32,000 nucleotides of DNA, taken from Ferroglobus placidus DSM 10642 (GTDB lineage Archaea > Halobacteriota > Archaeoglobi > Archaeoglobales > Archaeoglobaceae). The position numbers were made by a program, and so were the translations under genes. The stretch spans positions 840,001 to 872,000 of the forward strand of contig NC_013849.1 of NCBI RefSeq assembly GCF_000025505.1, given 5' to 3'. Each line of letters starts with the position of its first letter. Position 1 is the first letter of the stretch. The notes under the pieces are model-generated. The model was not told the origin of the DNA. It ran no database searches and was given only the letters and a program-made list of their open reading frames with translations. Of this stretch, positions 9,191 to 19,568 are shown piece after piece.

Positions 9191-10369
9191 CTACCTGTTT
9201 CTCTGGAACCAGTTAACGAGAATTTCGAACTGCTTGTGAGTGTTAACCTCATCCGTGTCCATCGGACTCTTGAAGAAGAAGCCCAGCTCTTTGATAACTC
9301 CGTACATCCCCTTCTTTTTCGCAAATATCAGGAATCGAGCTATGTCTATGACGAGCGGAGCTGCAACAATTGCATCTATAGCATCCCAGATGAAGTAGAA
9401 CTTCATAAGCTTGCCCATGAATCCCTTGAAGTGAACGAAGTCGAAGGCTGTTTTGTTGTCAACTAAGGAGGGGAAGTACTCAATCTGGGTTATGCTGTAG
9501 GGGGAGTAGCCGAAAATTTTCTCCAGAACTTTATCCTTGCTTACAACCTTGCTCTCCTTGTTCTCCTTGAAACTCAGAACGAGACCGTCCAAGTCTCCGA
9601 GGATGTTGTAGCTCATCCATCCGACGACTTCGAGGTTTCTGTAAGCAAACATGGGAGCGAGAGTCGTTTTTACGAGAGTTTCTCCGGTTTTTCCGTCATT
9701 TCCTGCATGAGGTACTTTGTTTTCGATGGCAAGCTCCTTCAAAGCTGGAATGTTCGTTCCAACGCTTGGAGTGAAGTTTCCGTAAGGTAGTCGGTTTTTT
9801 AAAGCGGCGTAAGCGTAAAGCATGCTCGCGGAAGCGTACTCTTTTTTATCCTCCTCTATCATTTTTTCGAATCCGTCTAAGGAGCCGTGGTACTTCTCCT
9901 CATACTTTATCATCGGTTCGGTCGAAGCCGTGTTTATAACGACGGTTTCATCATCGGCAAAGCTCTTCATGTCTTTAGACAGCTGATCGACTATTTCTCC
10001 AAGAGTTTTGTTCTCGTCTTCAAGCGTTTCAAGCTTCCCTAACGCTCTAACTCCTTCTCCGCAGTTTATTGCCGTACCTTTCCTTGCAACAATTTTCTCC
10101 AAGTCCTCTCTCACAGCCTCGAGAATTTCCTTATCAAAATGTTTGTTTGCCTCCCAGTGCTCCAAAAGTGCTTCGTAAGCGTTACTTTTCGGTCTTATCT
10201 CGTGCCCACCGAAGTCGATTTTCAGGGGAGCGTACTTGTCTATTCCTTCAAACTGAGGTAGCTCCGAAACCAATCCAGTTTTGTCGATTAATTCCTTTTC
10301 TATGGCTTTCTGACCAGCCATGGCAGTCGTAGAAACTATTCCGTAAGCGCCGATCAACCAGATTTTCAT
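9191..10369 (-). CDS. ino1: Myo-inositol-1-phosphate synthase
   Basis: 392 aa from MKIWLIGAYGIVSTTAMAGQKA; motifs NTASTEP, PFGNFTPSVGTN, GNDGKTGETLVKT, SYNILGDLDG. The 449-aa ORF start is upstream of the likely start (MLMKIW at 10375 or MKIW at 10369). Confidence 0.93.
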   Translation of the reverse strand: MKIWLIGAYGIVSTTAMAGQKAIEKELIDKTGLVSELPQFEGIDKYAPLKIDFGGHEIRPKSNAYEALLEHWEANKHFDKEILEAVREDLEKIVARKGTAINCGEGVRALGKLETLEDENKTLGEIVDQLSKDMKSFADDETVVINTASTEPMIKYEEKYHGSLDGFEKMIEEDKKEYASASMLYAYAALKNRLPYGNFTPSVGTNIPALKELAIENKVPHAGNDGKTGETLVKTTLAPMFAYRNLEVVGWMSYNILGDLDGLVLSFKENKESKVVSKDKVLEKIFGYSPYSITQIEYFPSLVDNKTAFDFVHFKGFMGKLMKFYFIWDAIDAIVAAPLVIDIARFLIFAKKKGMYGVIKELGFFFKSPMDTDEVNTHKQFEILVNWFQRNR

Positions 10370-10451
10370 AAGCATCACCTCGCCAATCCAAGTCAATCCG
10401 TTAGAATTCCGAGCAAAATAATTTTGTAGCGGCGGTATTAAAAATTTTTCT

Positions 10452-10676
10452 GTGTCCGAATGGTTAAAAAAGCACGTTAAATCTCTCGAAGGAAAAGAAG
10501 AAGTTGTTATTAACGTTAAATTTTTCGATGAGCTTCTCAAAAGGCTCGGAAAGGTTATGGCGGAGTTCTACAAAGGTAATTACGAAGTAGGAATAGAAGA
10601 GTTGTCGAAACTTGGAGAGGAAATTTACAGTTACTACAAAACGTTAATTGACGATGGAGAGAACGTTAATGGTTAA
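10452..10676 (+). CDS. Small conserved-looking hypothetical protein (GTG start)
   Basis: 74 aa, amphipathic helical MSEWLKKHVKSLEGKEEVVINVKFFDELLKRLGKVMAEFYKGNYEVGIEELSKLGEEIYSYYKTLIDD; TATA-like attaaaaattttt upstream. Confidence 0.5.
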   Translation: MSEWLKKHVKSLEGKEEVVINVKFFDELLKRLGKVMAEFYKGNYEVGIEELSKLGEEIYSYYKTLIDDGENVNG

Positions 10677-10706
10677 ATTTAAATACCCGAGTATTAAATT
10701 AAATTT

Positions 10707-11408
10707 ATGGATGAAATTGCACGAAAATTCGCAGAACACATAGCTGGAGACATAGTTCTTTCAGAAAATCCCGGAAACTGCATAAAAAAGTGGCGAAACA
10801 TTTTTGAAATCTCTCAGAGAGAGCTTGCGGAGAAGCTCGGAATAACGGCTTCTGTCATAAGCGACTACGAGAGCGACAGAAGAAAGTCTCCGGGAGTTAC
10901 TTTTGTGAAGAAGATCGTCAACGCTCTGATAGAGATAGACAAAGAGAGGGGCTGGAAAACGCTGAGCAAGTACAGAGACCTTCTCGGGGTGAAGATAGAT
11001 GCGATAATAGACATAAACGAGTATTCGAGAAGCGTCCCTTCCGAGGAAATCGCAGAGGCTTTAAACGGGGAGCTCGTAGTAAATTTCGACAGGAAGGCAA
11101 ACGGATACACTGTTATAGACAGCATAAAAGCGATTTTGACGATGACCTCCTACGACTTCTACCGCCTCTTTGGATTAACGAGCGAGAGGGCTCTCGTTTT
11201 CACTCAGGTCACAACCGGAAGGTCGCCGATGGTTGCGATAAAAGTTGGAAATTTGAAACCATCAGTGGTGGTTTTGCAAGGGTTAAACAGCCACAAACTC
11301 GATGAAATAGCGAGAAAAATAGCGGAAATTGAGAAGATAGACGTCATTCTCACGGAAATGCCGGTATCGCTTATCGTTGACAAGCTGAAGAAGCTCGGAG
11401 GTGAGTGA
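10707..11408 (+). CDS. XRE-type HTH transcriptional regulator with C-terminal ligand-like domain
   Basis: 233 aa; [52 protein letters not shown]. Confidence 0.85.
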   Translation: MDEIARKFAEHIAGDIVLSENPGNCIKKWRNIFEISQRELAEKLGITASVISDYESDRRKSPGVTFVKKIVNALIEIDKERGWKTLSKYRDLLGVKIDAIIDINEYSRSVPSEEIAEALNGELVVNFDRKANGYTVIDSIKAILTMTSYDFYRLFGLTSERALVFTQVTTGRSPMVAIKVGNLKPSVVVLQGLNSHKLDEIARKIAEIEKIDVILTEMPVSLIVDKLKKLGGE

Positions 11409-12447
11409 ATTGGTTGGAATCGTATCTTACGGAACTTACATTCCCGTTTACAGAATAAAAGCTGAGGAGATAGCGAGGATATGGGGGGAGAATGCAGAAA
11501 GTATAAAAAGCGGTTTGGGAGTTTACGAAAAAGCCGTTGCCGATATTGACGAAGACACCGCAACAATTTCAGTTGAGGCATCGAGAGAGGCTTTAAGAAG
11601 ATGCGGAATCCCCTCAGAGGAGATCGGAGCTGTTTTCGTCGGATCCGAAAGTCATCCCTACGCCGTTAAGCCTACAGCCACGATAGTAGCAGAAGCTGTA
11701 GGAGCTAACAGATTCTGTTATGCTGCTGATTTAGAGTTTGCTTGCAAGGCTGGAACTGCCGGAATGCAAATTTGCGTGGCTATGGTTAAGGCTGGAATGA
11801 TAAAGTACGGACTCGCGATAGGAGCTGACACGAGCCAGAGTTCTCCGGGGGATGCGCTCGAGTATTCAGCAGCCTCTGGAGGTGCTGCCTTCATAATAGG
11901 AAAAGATGAGACGATAGCAGAAGTTAAGGACACACTAAGCTTCACAACCGACACTCCGGATTTCTGGAGGAGAGAGGGAATGCCCTACCCGAGCCACGGA
12001 GGAAGGTTTACCGGCGAACCAGCCTACTTCAGGCACGTTTACACCGCTGCGAAAGAGATCATGAAAAGAAACAACCTCTCCCCAGAAGATTTTAGCTACG
12101 CAGTATTCCACATGCCAAACGGGAAGTTTCCGACGAGAGTTGCGAGAATGCTCGGATTCAGCTCGGAGCAAATAGAGCAAGGACTCGTTGTCAGGAGAAT
12201 CGGAAATACCTATTCAGGCTCTTCACTGATCGGCTTTTCAGCCGTGCTTGACGTTGCGAAGCCGGGAGAGAGAATACTCCTCACTTCCTTTGGAAGCGGA
12301 GCCGGTAGCGACGCTTTCATTTTTGAAGTCACCGAAAACATCGAAAGCTTTCCGAGAGAGCCAAAAGTTTGGGAGAAGATTGAGAGGGCGAAATACATAG
12401 ACTACGGACTTTACGCAAAGCTGAGAAAGAAGATTAGGATGGTGTGA
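11401..12447 (+). CDS. Hydroxymethylglutaryl-CoA synthase
   Basis: 348 aa; archaeal HMG-CoA synthase: [66 protein letters not shown]. Confidence 0.93.
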   Translation: MSELVGIVSYGTYIPVYRIKAEEIARIWGENAESIKSGLGVYEKAVADIDEDTATISVEASREALRRCGIPSEEIGAVFVGSESHPYAVKPTATIVAEAVGANRFCYAADLEFACKAGTAGMQICVAMVKAGMIKYGLAIGADTSQSSPGDALEYSAASGGAAFIIGKDETIAEVKDTLSFTTDTPDFWRREGMPYPSHGGRFTGEPAYFRHVYTAAKEIMKRNNLSPEDFSYAVFHMPNGKFPTRVARMLGFSSEQIEQGLVVRRIGNTYSGSSLIGFSAVLDVAKPGERILLTSFGSGAGSDAFIFEVTENIESFPREPKVWEKIERAKYIDYGLYAKLRKKIRMV

Positions 12448-13598
12448 AGATGAGGAGGGTGGCTGTTGTTGGTATAGGGCAGAGCAAGTTCGGAGAGCTG
12501 TGGGAGAAGAGTTTCAGGGACATAGTGATCGAAGCGGGAATTGAGGCTTTGGAAGACGCTAACATTTCCGGAGAGGAAATAGAGGCGATATACGTAGGAA
12601 ACATGAGCGGAGGGAGGTACTTGGCTCAGGAGCACATAGGGGCGCTAATTGCCGATTACTCCGGACTTGCTGAGCTCGGGATACCTTCCGTAAGAGTGGA
12701 AGCTGCCGACGCGAGCGGGGGAGTTGCGTTCAGAGAGGCTTACCTTGCAGTAGCTTCCGGACTTTACGACATCGTCATCGCGGCGGGAGCTGAGAAGGTA
12801 ACAGATGTTGGTGCTGAGCTTGCGGTAGATATAATGTCCTCTTCAGCGGACAGGGAGTGGGAGTACTTCGTTGGAGCTACGCTTCCGGCTTTGTACGCAC
12901 TCATAGCGAGGGTTCACATGAAGGAGTTCGGGACAAAGGAGGAGGATATGGCTCTCGTAAGCGTTAAAAATCATAAAAACGCCGTGAAAAATCCTAAAGC
13001 CCAGTTTAGGAGAGAGATAACTGTCGAAGACGTTTTGAGGTCTCCATACATAGCGGAGCCTATAAAAGTTCTCGACTCAGCTCCGATAAGTGATGGGGCT
13101 GCAGTAGTAATACTGGCGAGCGAGGAAATTGCTAAGAAGCTTACGGACACTCCCGTTTACGTTTCAGCCGTTACTCAGGCGAGCGATTACCTGTCTTTGC
13201 AAAGCAGAAAAGACCTGACGAGTTTTAGAGCAGCTAAAATGGCAGCTAAGAAAGCCTACAAGCTCGCAAAAATCGAAGCGAAAGACGTGGATGTTGCTGA
13301 AGTGCACGACAGCTTTACGATAGCGGAAATAATAGCCTACGAAGATTTGGGATTCTGCGAAAAAGGAGAAGGGGCTAAGATGATAAGAGAGGGTGAGACG
13401 GAGGTAGGAGGTAGAATCCCGGTGAACGTTTCCGGAGGACTGAAAGCTTGCGGTCACGCAACAGGAGCTACCGGAGTTAGGCAAATAGTCGATCTCGTTA
13501 GAATTTTGAGAGACGGCATTGCTGATGCTGAAACCGGCTTGGCATTGAATTTGGGTGGAACCGGAGCTACAGCGGTAGTTTCAATTTTGAGGAGGTGA
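12444..13598 (+). CDS. Acetyl-CoA acetyltransferase / thiolase (archaeal)
   Basis: 384 aa; [63 protein letters not shown]. Confidence 0.93.
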   Translation: MKMRRVAVVGIGQSKFGELWEKSFRDIVIEAGIEALEDANISGEEIEAIYVGNMSGGRYLAQEHIGALIADYSGLAELGIPSVRVEAADASGGVAFREAYLAVASGLYDIVIAAGAEKVTDVGAELAVDIMSSSADREWEYFVGATLPALYALIARVHMKEFGTKEEDMALVSVKNHKNAVKNPKAQFRREITVEDVLRSPYIAEPIKVLDSAPISDGAAVVILASEEIAKKLTDTPVYVSAVTQASDYLSLQSRKDLTSFRAAKMAAKKAYKLAKIEAKDVDVAEVHDSFTIAEIIAYEDLGFCEKGEGAKMIREGETEVGGRIPVNVSGGLKACGHATGATGVRQIVDLVRILRDGIADAETGLALNLGGTGATAVVSILRR

Positions 13599-13602
13599 AA
13601 TC

Positions 13603-13989
13603 GTGCTTCCAAGATTCTGGAGGAAGATAAAGTACAGATATCGGCTCGTGGGAAGCTACTGCGAGAACTGCGGAGAGTACTACCACCCTCCGAGAAACCT
13701 CTGCCCGAAGTGCAGAAGAAGGGGCTCGATAAAAGAAGTGCCCCTCGGAAGCGAAGGAACGATTTTAAGCTACACAGTCGTCCACGACGCTCCGGAAGAC
13801 TTCAAGCTTCAAAAACCCTACGTCGTCGGCTTGGTTAAGCTCGATTCCGGAGCTGTGGTAACCGCTCAGATTTGCTGCAAGCCGGAGGAAGTGGAGATAG
13901 GAAGAAGGGTTAGAGCTGTTTTCAGGAAGTACTCCGAAGAGGGGGAAGACGGGATAATATACTACGGAACGAAATTCGAATTAATCTAA
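13603..13989 (+). CDS. DUF35 / Zn-ribbon OB-fold protein partnering thiolase and HMG-CoA synthase
   Basis: 128 aa (GTG start); rubredoxin-like CENCGEYYHPPRNLCPKCRRRG then OB-fold LGSEGTILSYTVVHDAP; immediately downstream of thiolase. Confidence 0.9.
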   Translation: MLPRFWRKIKYRYRLVGSYCENCGEYYHPPRNLCPKCRRRGSIKEVPLGSEGTILSYTVVHDAPEDFKLQKPYVVGLVKLDSGAVVTAQICCKPEEVEIGRRVRAVFRKYSEEGEDGIIYYGTKFELI

Positions 13990-13994
13990 ATTTT

Positions 13995-16900
13995 TTAGTA
14001 GCTGTGTACAACTCTATAGTGATCCGGTCTCGGACAGTAGAGTTCTCCCCTCTCCCTCATCTTGTACAGAAGCTCTCTTGCTTTTGCTTTATCTATTCCT
14101 CTTTTCTCAGCCTCTTCAAGAATTTCCTTCTCTGGCACACCCTTTTCGAACTCCTTCTCGAGGTCTTCGACTATCTTCTTTATCGTGAGAATTCTGTCCC
14201 TCTGGCTTTTTGACGTGCCGCTGAAGGCGTAATCGATATCTATTTCCCCGGTTTCCGGATCTATGGCTATCTGCTCCAGACTCCTCTTCGTTATCCTGAT
14301 AACCCTCTCCACGTCCTCAGCAGTTATTTTGTCGCTAAGCCTTATTCTTGCAGACGCTTCGGCAAGCCTTATTAAAGCTTCAAGCTGCCTCGCCGTTATG
14401 GGAACCGGAGAGTTCTCTTTTATTCTTCCCCTCATGCTGAGATAGAATTCGATTATCTTCTGCTTAGCCTCCTCCGTTAGAACCGGGAAAACTGTCCTCT
14501 TCGCGTAGGCTATGTACTTTCTCAAAAGCTCCGGCTCTATTACTGGCTTGACTTTTTCGGATTCAACTTCCAAAGCTTCCTTGCTCAACCCAGATGCGAC
14601 GACGTTTTTGAACTTCGCAAGCTTCTCACCGAGCTCGTGAGTGTCGAGAATGTGCTTAGCCAATGCTGCATCCCTCTCCTCGTCCGGATCGTCCGTCATC
14701 ACGAAGATCAGGTCGAACCTCGAAAGCAGAGTCGGAGACAAGTCGATTTGTTCAGCTATCGGAGTGTACTTGTCAAACCTCCCGTATTTTGGATTGGCAG
14801 CTCCAAGCAAAGCACATCTCGCCTTCAGCGTTGCGTTTATCCCGGCTTTAGCAACGCTTATCGTTTGCTGCTCCATAGCTTCGTGTAAAGCAGACCTGTC
14901 TTCGTTCCTCATCTTGTCAATTTCGTCAACGAGAGCTATGCCTTTATCAGCCAAAACCAAAGCTCCAGCTTCGAGAGTCCACCTTCCGTCAATCTCATCT
15001 CTTACTGCTGTAGCTGTCAATCCCGCTGTTGTAGTACCTTTTCCTGTCGTATAAACGCTTCTCGGAGCTATTCTGTGGACATACCTAAGCAATTGGCTGT
15101 TATGGACGAATATGTCGTTTGCCACGAAGTTGTGATGCTCTGGGACTTGCAGATCATAAACGAACGGGTGTTCAGGTTTGTAAGTTGAAATCTCGGTTAC
15201 CTCATCCCAGAATATATCCGACTCTGCAAGCAATTCTAAAAATCTGATGTTGAGTTCCGCGGCTTTGTTCCCATTTAGTCTTTTTCTGAACGCCTTGACG
15301 ACTTTTTTAAGGGTATCCCTTGAAGGTCTTCTATCTCCCCTTTCCAAATGCTGATAAGTTGAACGTTTCACACCACATTCCGACTGTGTAAGATCGAGCA
15401 ACTTCCTTGTTTCTTTGAGAATCCCAGAAACCTTAGGTACAACATCCAAATTTGGATTCTTTTTAATCTTCCATTCGCGGAGCTTTGAATTTACTGTGAA
15501 CCCAATCTCTTTAACAAATTTCAGAGCATTTTCGCCAGTGATTGTAAGCCTAAAGTAAGTTCTCTTCTTCGGTTTCTGCGAGTTGGTCGCTCTGCTTTTA
15601 GTTTCGTGTAGCTGAGAGATTATTCCAAACCTCAATAGAAGATGCTGTATCTGTCGAAGAAGTTCTTGCGATGCAGATACCACTGTGATTTTTGGTCTTT
15701 TTTTGTCTACACTTGCTTCTGCGTCGAAGAAGGCAGATAAAAATGCTTTAATCTCTTCTTTACTACATCTAAAGAGTAAATCCGGAATTTTCTTATCTTT
15801 AGACTTGCCAACAACTCCAATAAGTTCTAAGAAGTTGTAAAGTTCCACGCTCGAGACTACGACCTCTTTCGCTCTCTTATCTTTATGCGGTTTTCTCAAA
15901 CTAGGATTTAAGCCGAGTTTTTTGGCGTATGTAAAAAACTCGCTAACTAGCTTTTCGTCGTTGTTCGTGAAAAAGATCGTCGCACCACTCTCCGATCTCT
16001 GAGCATATCCTTCAGCCATAAATAGCGCTATGAACCTCCAGAACTCAGGAGACGTCCTTTCAGGAAGTTTTAACCTTACGGCGTTATTTGATTTAGACCT
16101 CTCAAATGAATCCGGCAGAGGTTGCGGAGATCCGAATACAGGAATTATTCTAGGAGTTGCTATTAAATCTCCCTTTTTCAGGTCTTTAGCTTTAACAGTA
16201 ACGAATTTTCCGTTTTTTATTGTAAAGAAAGGATGGGTGGGTGTGACTTTGACTGTTCTTCCGGTTTTAGTCTTTATTTTATACATTGTCTCAGGAGCTT
16301 CCCTCTTCCAAACGATGTTCGCCTTACTCGTTCTCGATTTCAGAAAACGGGAATCAAGAGATATAATATCGAGATTTGTCTCGACATAAACTCCGTCATC
16401 TATCTTCTTAACTTTTCCGTTTTTAATCTCGTTATTTACAAGATCACCGATTTTCACTAAACTCCCATCTGAGAGAAGAACTTCCGTGTCATAATCAACA
16501 CACTTAGCAACTCCCGGGTCTCCTACGAGGAGGATGTGGATGTCTCCCCTTATCTCCGTCCCGTCTGGAAGTCTCTTCGGCACGCCACCGAAAAGCTGAA
16601 GAGCTATTGCGAGCTTTATGTCGTCGTAGCCGTAAATTGAGGGAGCTATGCTTCTGACGATTTTGTCGTATATGTTCGGATCCTCGCTCAGCTCGAGTAT
16701 TCTCTTCTTATCCTCCTCAGTTATCTCAAACTCCTCGTATTCCTGCTGAAGAACCTCAACGGAATTCCCGTAAATCTGAAGGTCCATGTGAACGAGCTTC
16801 TTTCCAGCCCCTCTCGGAACGGCTTTGACTATTCCGTTTATTATAACCCTGTCTCCCGGAGTTATAGAGCCGGCAATATCCTCTTCGAGCAGAACGTCAA

Positions 16901-17501
16901 TTATTTGCGGTTGCTCTCCTCCCCTGAGATTTTCCGGATACTCCTGAATTTTAACTCTTTGACTGTCAACTGAAACGCTTTTCTCGGGAACGAGTAAGAA
17001 TCTCCCCCTCGAATGGCAAGCTCTGCACTCCGAGGGTGGTTTTACAACGTTCTCCTCCTGATCGACCAACAACTCCTTACCGCAGTTCGTGCAGATGAAC
17101 AGAGCTTTAACTATCCTCGGTCTAACTTCGGTAACTTTTCGAACTATCCCTTCTATCGAAACAAACTTAGATATGTGTTCAGCTCTTAAATCTCTTATGA
17201 GAATTCTACGAGATGCAGGAAGGTTGACGAATCTGACTTTACATCCTTCCAAGCTGACGTCGTAGATGTTCTCTGCTGAAGCAAGCCCTTGCTCAGCGTG
17301 AGAGATTACGACTTCCGGATTCTCGAAAAGCTCTTCTGCAAGCTTCCCTTCTCTGAAAATTAAAAGATCTCTCGTTACGTCAACGTAAAGGCTACCCTTA
17401 ACTCCGCTAAGCTTCTTTCCAGCGAGTTTGTTAATCTCATCCCTGTAGTACGTTTCGAAGAACTCCCTCCAAACTCCCGGACTGCTGAACATTTTTATCA
17501 T
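13995..17501 (-). CDS. mcm: Replicative DNA helicase MCM, interrupted by an intein (1168 aa precursor; about 700 aa after splicing)
   Basis: N-terminal MCM OB/Zn domain ([30 protein letters not shown]); Walker [13 protein letters not shown]|intein|[12 protein letters not shown]; Walker [20 protein letters not shown]; arginine finger [10 protein letters not shown]. Confidence 0.97.
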   Translation of the reverse strand: MIKMFSSPGVWREFFETYYRDEINKLAGKKLSGVKGSLYVDVTRDLLIFREGKLAEELFENPEVVISHAEQGLASAENIYDVSLEGCKVRFVNLPASRRILIRDLRAEHISKFVSIEGIVRKVTEVRPRIVKALFICTNCGKELLVDQEENVVKPPSECRACHSRGRFLLVPEKSVSVDSQRVKIQEYPENLRGGEQPQIIDVLLEEDIAGSITPGDRVIINGIVKAVPRGAGKKLVHMDLQIYGNSVEVLQQEYEEFEITEEDKKRILELSEDPNIYDKIVRSIAPSIYGYDDIKLAIALQLFGGVPKRLPDGTEIRGDIHILLVGDPGVAKCVDYDTEVLLSDGSLVKIGDLVNNEIKNGKVKKIDDGVYVETNLDIISLDSRFLKSRTSKANIVWKREAPETMYKIKTKTGRTVKVTPTHPFFTIKNGKFVTVKAKDLKKGDLIATPRIIPVFGSPQPLPDSFERSKSNNAVRLKLPERTSPEFWRFIALFMAEGYAQRSESGATIFFTNNDEKLVSEFFTYAKKLGLNPSLRKPHKDKRAKEVVVSSVELYNFLELIGVVGKSKDKKIPDLLFRCSKEEIKAFLSAFFDAEASVDKKRPKITVVSASQELLRQIQHLLLRFGIISQLHETKSRATNSQKPKKRTYFRLTITGENALKFVKEIGFTVNSKLREWKIKKNPNLDVVPKVSGILKETRKLLDLTQSECGVKRSTYQHLERGDRRPSRDTLKKVVKAFRKRLNGNKAAELNIRFLELLAESDIFWDEVTEISTYKPEHPFVYDLQVPEHHNFVANDIFVHNSQLLRYVHRIAPRSVYTTGKGTTTAGLTATAVRDEIDGRWTLEAGALVLADKGIALVDEIDKMRNEDRSALHEAMEQQTISVAKAGINATLKARCALLGAANPKYGRFDKYTPIAEQIDLSPTLLSRFDLIFVMTDDPDEERDAALAKHILDTHELGEKLAKFKNVVASGLSKEALEVESEKVKPVIEPELLRKYIAYAKRTVFPVLTEEAKQKIIEFYLSMRGRIKENSPVPITARQLEALIRLAEASARIRLSDKITAEDVERVIRITKRSLEQIAIDPETGEIDIDYAFSGTSKSQRDRILTIKKIVEDLEKEFEKGVPEKEILEEAEKRGIDKAKARELLYKMRERGELYCPRPDHYRVVHSY
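15099..16502 (-). other. Intein in MCM at the Walker A lysine/serine junction (468 aa) with LAGLIDADG endonuclease
   Basis: Begins Cys (aa 334, [21 protein letters not shown]), block B-like [13 protein letters not shown] motifs [10 protein letters not shown] and [10 protein letters not shown], ends [13 protein letters not shown] followed by Ser+1 (aa 802). Extein reading GDPGVAK-SQLLRY is restored on removal. Confidence 0.95.
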
Positions 17502-17546
17502 CGATATATCGGGCGAGGGGTTAATTACGTTTTGGTCATTAAAAGT

Positions 17547-17978
17547 TTAAGACTTCTTCTTCGCCAGACCAATCGAGAGAAATGGAAACTTCTTTTTAAT
17601 CTCAACGCTTTCCGCTCCGTCTAAATGTCGAAGCATTTTCTCAAATTTTTCGAAGGGAAGACCGTGTTTTATAAATCTCCCGGACCTTACATCAAGAACG
17701 TAAAGATACCCTCCAGATTTTACCATTGCTCCTTCCTTTTCCGCCCTTCTTCTCGCCAACTCTATCATGTCTTTCGAAATGTCCACGCCAAGAACTTCAA
17801 CACCAAGAAGCTTGGAGATCTTCACGGCGAGTATTCCCACACCGCAGCCAGCGTCGAGATATTTTCCTCCTACGCCCAGTCTCTTTAAATCGTTAATCGC
17901 CCGTCTGTAAAGGAGGAAGGAAAATAAATTAGCACCTCTTTCGTATCGCTTCGCATCACTCTCGAAGCTTTTGAGCAT
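17547..17978 (-). CDS. Class I SAM-dependent methyltransferase-like protein, apparently missing its central region
   Basis: 143 aa; motif I YLDAGCGVGILAVKISKLLGVEVLGVDISKDMIELARRRAEKEGA joined directly to MVKSGGYLYVLDVRSG. Confidence 0.7.
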   Translation of the reverse strand: MLKSFESDAKRYERGANLFSFLLYRRAINDLKRLGVGGKYLDAGCGVGILAVKISKLLGVEVLGVDISKDMIELARRRAEKEGAMVKSGGYLYVLDVRSGRFIKHGLPFEKFEKMLRHLDGAESVEIKKKFPFLSIGLAKKKS

Positions 17979-18401
17979 TCAGTCTATCACCACCAGAACC
18001 TGTCCCGTCTCTACCCTCTCGCCTTCCTTAACCCTTATCTCCTTCACGACTCCGTCCTTTGGCGATACAATTTCGTTCTCCATTTTCATAGCTTCGAGTA
18101 TTAGGAGGGGGTCTCCAACTTTCACCTTCTCTCCCTCAGAAACGAGCAGCTTAACCACAGTCCCCGGAATGGTGGCTGTCACTTCACTACCGCTGCTCTG
18201 AATCTTCCCTATCTCCCTTTTGGTTTCGTGAATTGATTCATGGATAAGCACATGCTTAACTTCGGGAAGCTCGAACTTCTTGCTTTCAAGCTCCACCTCG
18301 ACAACCTTTCCGGCTACTTCAACTTTAAACTTGTTAGCCGAAATCCTTTCAACGTTTGCAACAAGCTCTCTCCCGTCCACTTTTACCTTGTATACACCCA
18401 T
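17979..18401 (-). CDS. Biotin carboxyl carrier protein (biotinyl-lipoyl attachment domain)
   Basis: 140 aa; PGTVVKLLVSEGEKVKVGDPLLILEAMKMENEIVSPKDGVVKEIRV with the EAMKMEN biotinylation motif. Confidence 0.93.
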   Translation of the reverse strand: MGVYKVKVDGRELVANVERISANKFKVEVAGKVVEVELESKKFELPEVKHVLIHESIHETKREIGKIQSSGSEVTATIPGTVVKLLVSEGEKVKVGDPLLILEAMKMENEIVSPKDGVVKEIRVKEGERVETGQVLVVID

Positions 18402-18405
18402 GTGA

Positions 18406-18798
18406 TCACCTTGCTGAGAAGTACTCTATCTGCACGACTTCCCCCTCAACTTCTCCGAGTAACTCCTTCTTTTTCACCGCAACAACCCTCCCTATTCCCC
18501 TCGGCTTAAGTTTTAGTCTCACAGCAGTCATTTCGCTTTCTTCGACAAAACCTTCTTTGGCAAAGACTATCGAGTGGGAGTGCACTTCCTTCCCAACAAC
18601 CTCGGCTATCAATCCAACTATTCCCCTGTCGAGCTCGTAAAATCTCGCAGGAGTTAAGAGTACGCAATCTCCCACCTCAGCTTTCATTGCTATCGAAACG
18701 TTGTGGGCGCTCCTAAGCTCTATCGTTCTCGTGTATCCGGAAATGATATCGTCGATAACTCTCCTCGAAATCCCGGTTAGAATCCAGCACCTCATCAT
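18406..18798 (-). CDS. Archaeal conserved protein, DUF473-like
   Basis: 130 aa (MMRCWILTGISRRVIDDIISGYTRTIELRSAHN...); located between the PAC2-like gene and the BCCP gene. Confidence 0.5.
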   Translation of the reverse strand: MMRCWILTGISRRVIDDIISGYTRTIELRSAHNVSIAMKAEVGDCVLLTPARFYELDRGIVGLIAEVVGKEVHSHSIVFAKEGFVEESEMTAVRLKLKPRGIGRVVAVKKKELLGEVEGEVVQIEYFSAR

Positions 18799-18799
18799 A

Positions 18800-19525
18800 T
18801 CACCCGTACATCGGAAGTTCTTCCTTCTTCAACTCATGAGCTTTCGTCTGTTCAGCAAGCTTCTGCATCTGAGCTTCTATCATCTCAGCCTCCTTTTCAA
18901 GCCTCTCCACGCTTATATTCCAGTTGAACAGCTTGTTCATAACTCTGATTACCTCAGCAGCAGCTCTTGGGTCTGGGTTGAATCCCACTGTCTCTCCAAG
19001 CAAAGCTATTCCGTCCACGTTTCTCGCGACGCATTCAACGAGAATGCTGCCGGCAACTCCGCTTATAGTCCCCATTCTGAAAATTTCAACGTAATCCTTT
19101 ATTTCGTCGAGCAGCTCCTTCTTCGTTGCTGCTCCAAAGACCCTTTTACTCTCTTCAAATGTCGCTATTCCAGCCAAAGTCAAAATTCTGCTTGCGTTTA
19201 TCTCCTGCGCCCAGTCGAGAATTGCTGCGCTTATGTCGTAGGAAAGCTGGGGAATGACCGGAATGTCGGAGTGAATTAAGACGAAATTGTACTCCTTATG
19301 CTCGTAAACTCTAATCGGAGGCATGACTATGCCTTCATACAGCGTTGCTACTGGAGGGAGGTACCTCGACTCAAGAACGCCAACTTGCTCCAATTTCAAC
19401 TCAAGAATCATGTGACCGCTCGCTATCGTTCCCACGAGACCTATTCCAGGGAAGCTCGTTATTAGGAGGGGTTTCTCTACTTCCAGCTTCTCCACTATTA
19501 TTTCGCTTTCAACTTCCATGAACAA
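18800..19525 (-). CDS. PAC2 family / proteasome assembly chaperone-like protein
   Basis: 241 aa; PLLITSFPGIGLVGTIASGHMI, GIEFEESK-like region, GEWVGFNPDP-like GETVGFNPDPRAAAEVIRVMNKLFN. Confidence 0.8.
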   Translation of the reverse strand: MFMEVESEIIVEKLEVEKPLLITSFPGIGLVGTIASGHMILELKLEQVGVLESRYLPPVATLYEGIVMPPIRVYEHKEYNFVLIHSDIPVIPQLSYDISAAILDWAQEINASRILTLAGIATFEESKRVFGAATKKELLDEIKDYVEIFRMGTISGVAGSILVECVARNVDGIALLGETVGFNPDPRAAAEVIRVMNKLFNWNISVERLEKEAEMIEAQMQKLAEQTKAHELKKEELPMYG

Positions 19526-19568
19526 ACCTCATGAAAAGAGATATTTATCTTTTGTCAGATGTTCGAGC

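Noticed and set aside
9191-10540. 449-aa version of inositol phosphate synthase
   Set aside because: The first 57 residues lack family similarity and overlap the divergent promoter and the GTG-start gene at 10452; the MKIW/MLMKIW start fits the family.
14004-17000. Multiple forward-strand ORFs (60-137 aa) across the mcm gene
   Set aside because: They are antisense to a well-supported MCM/intein coding frame and have no recognisable domains.
18701-19279. 192-aa forward ORF across the PAC2-like gene
   Set aside because: Antisense shadow of a convincing coding frame; composition (Ser/Leu/Cys-rich) typical of non-coding frame.
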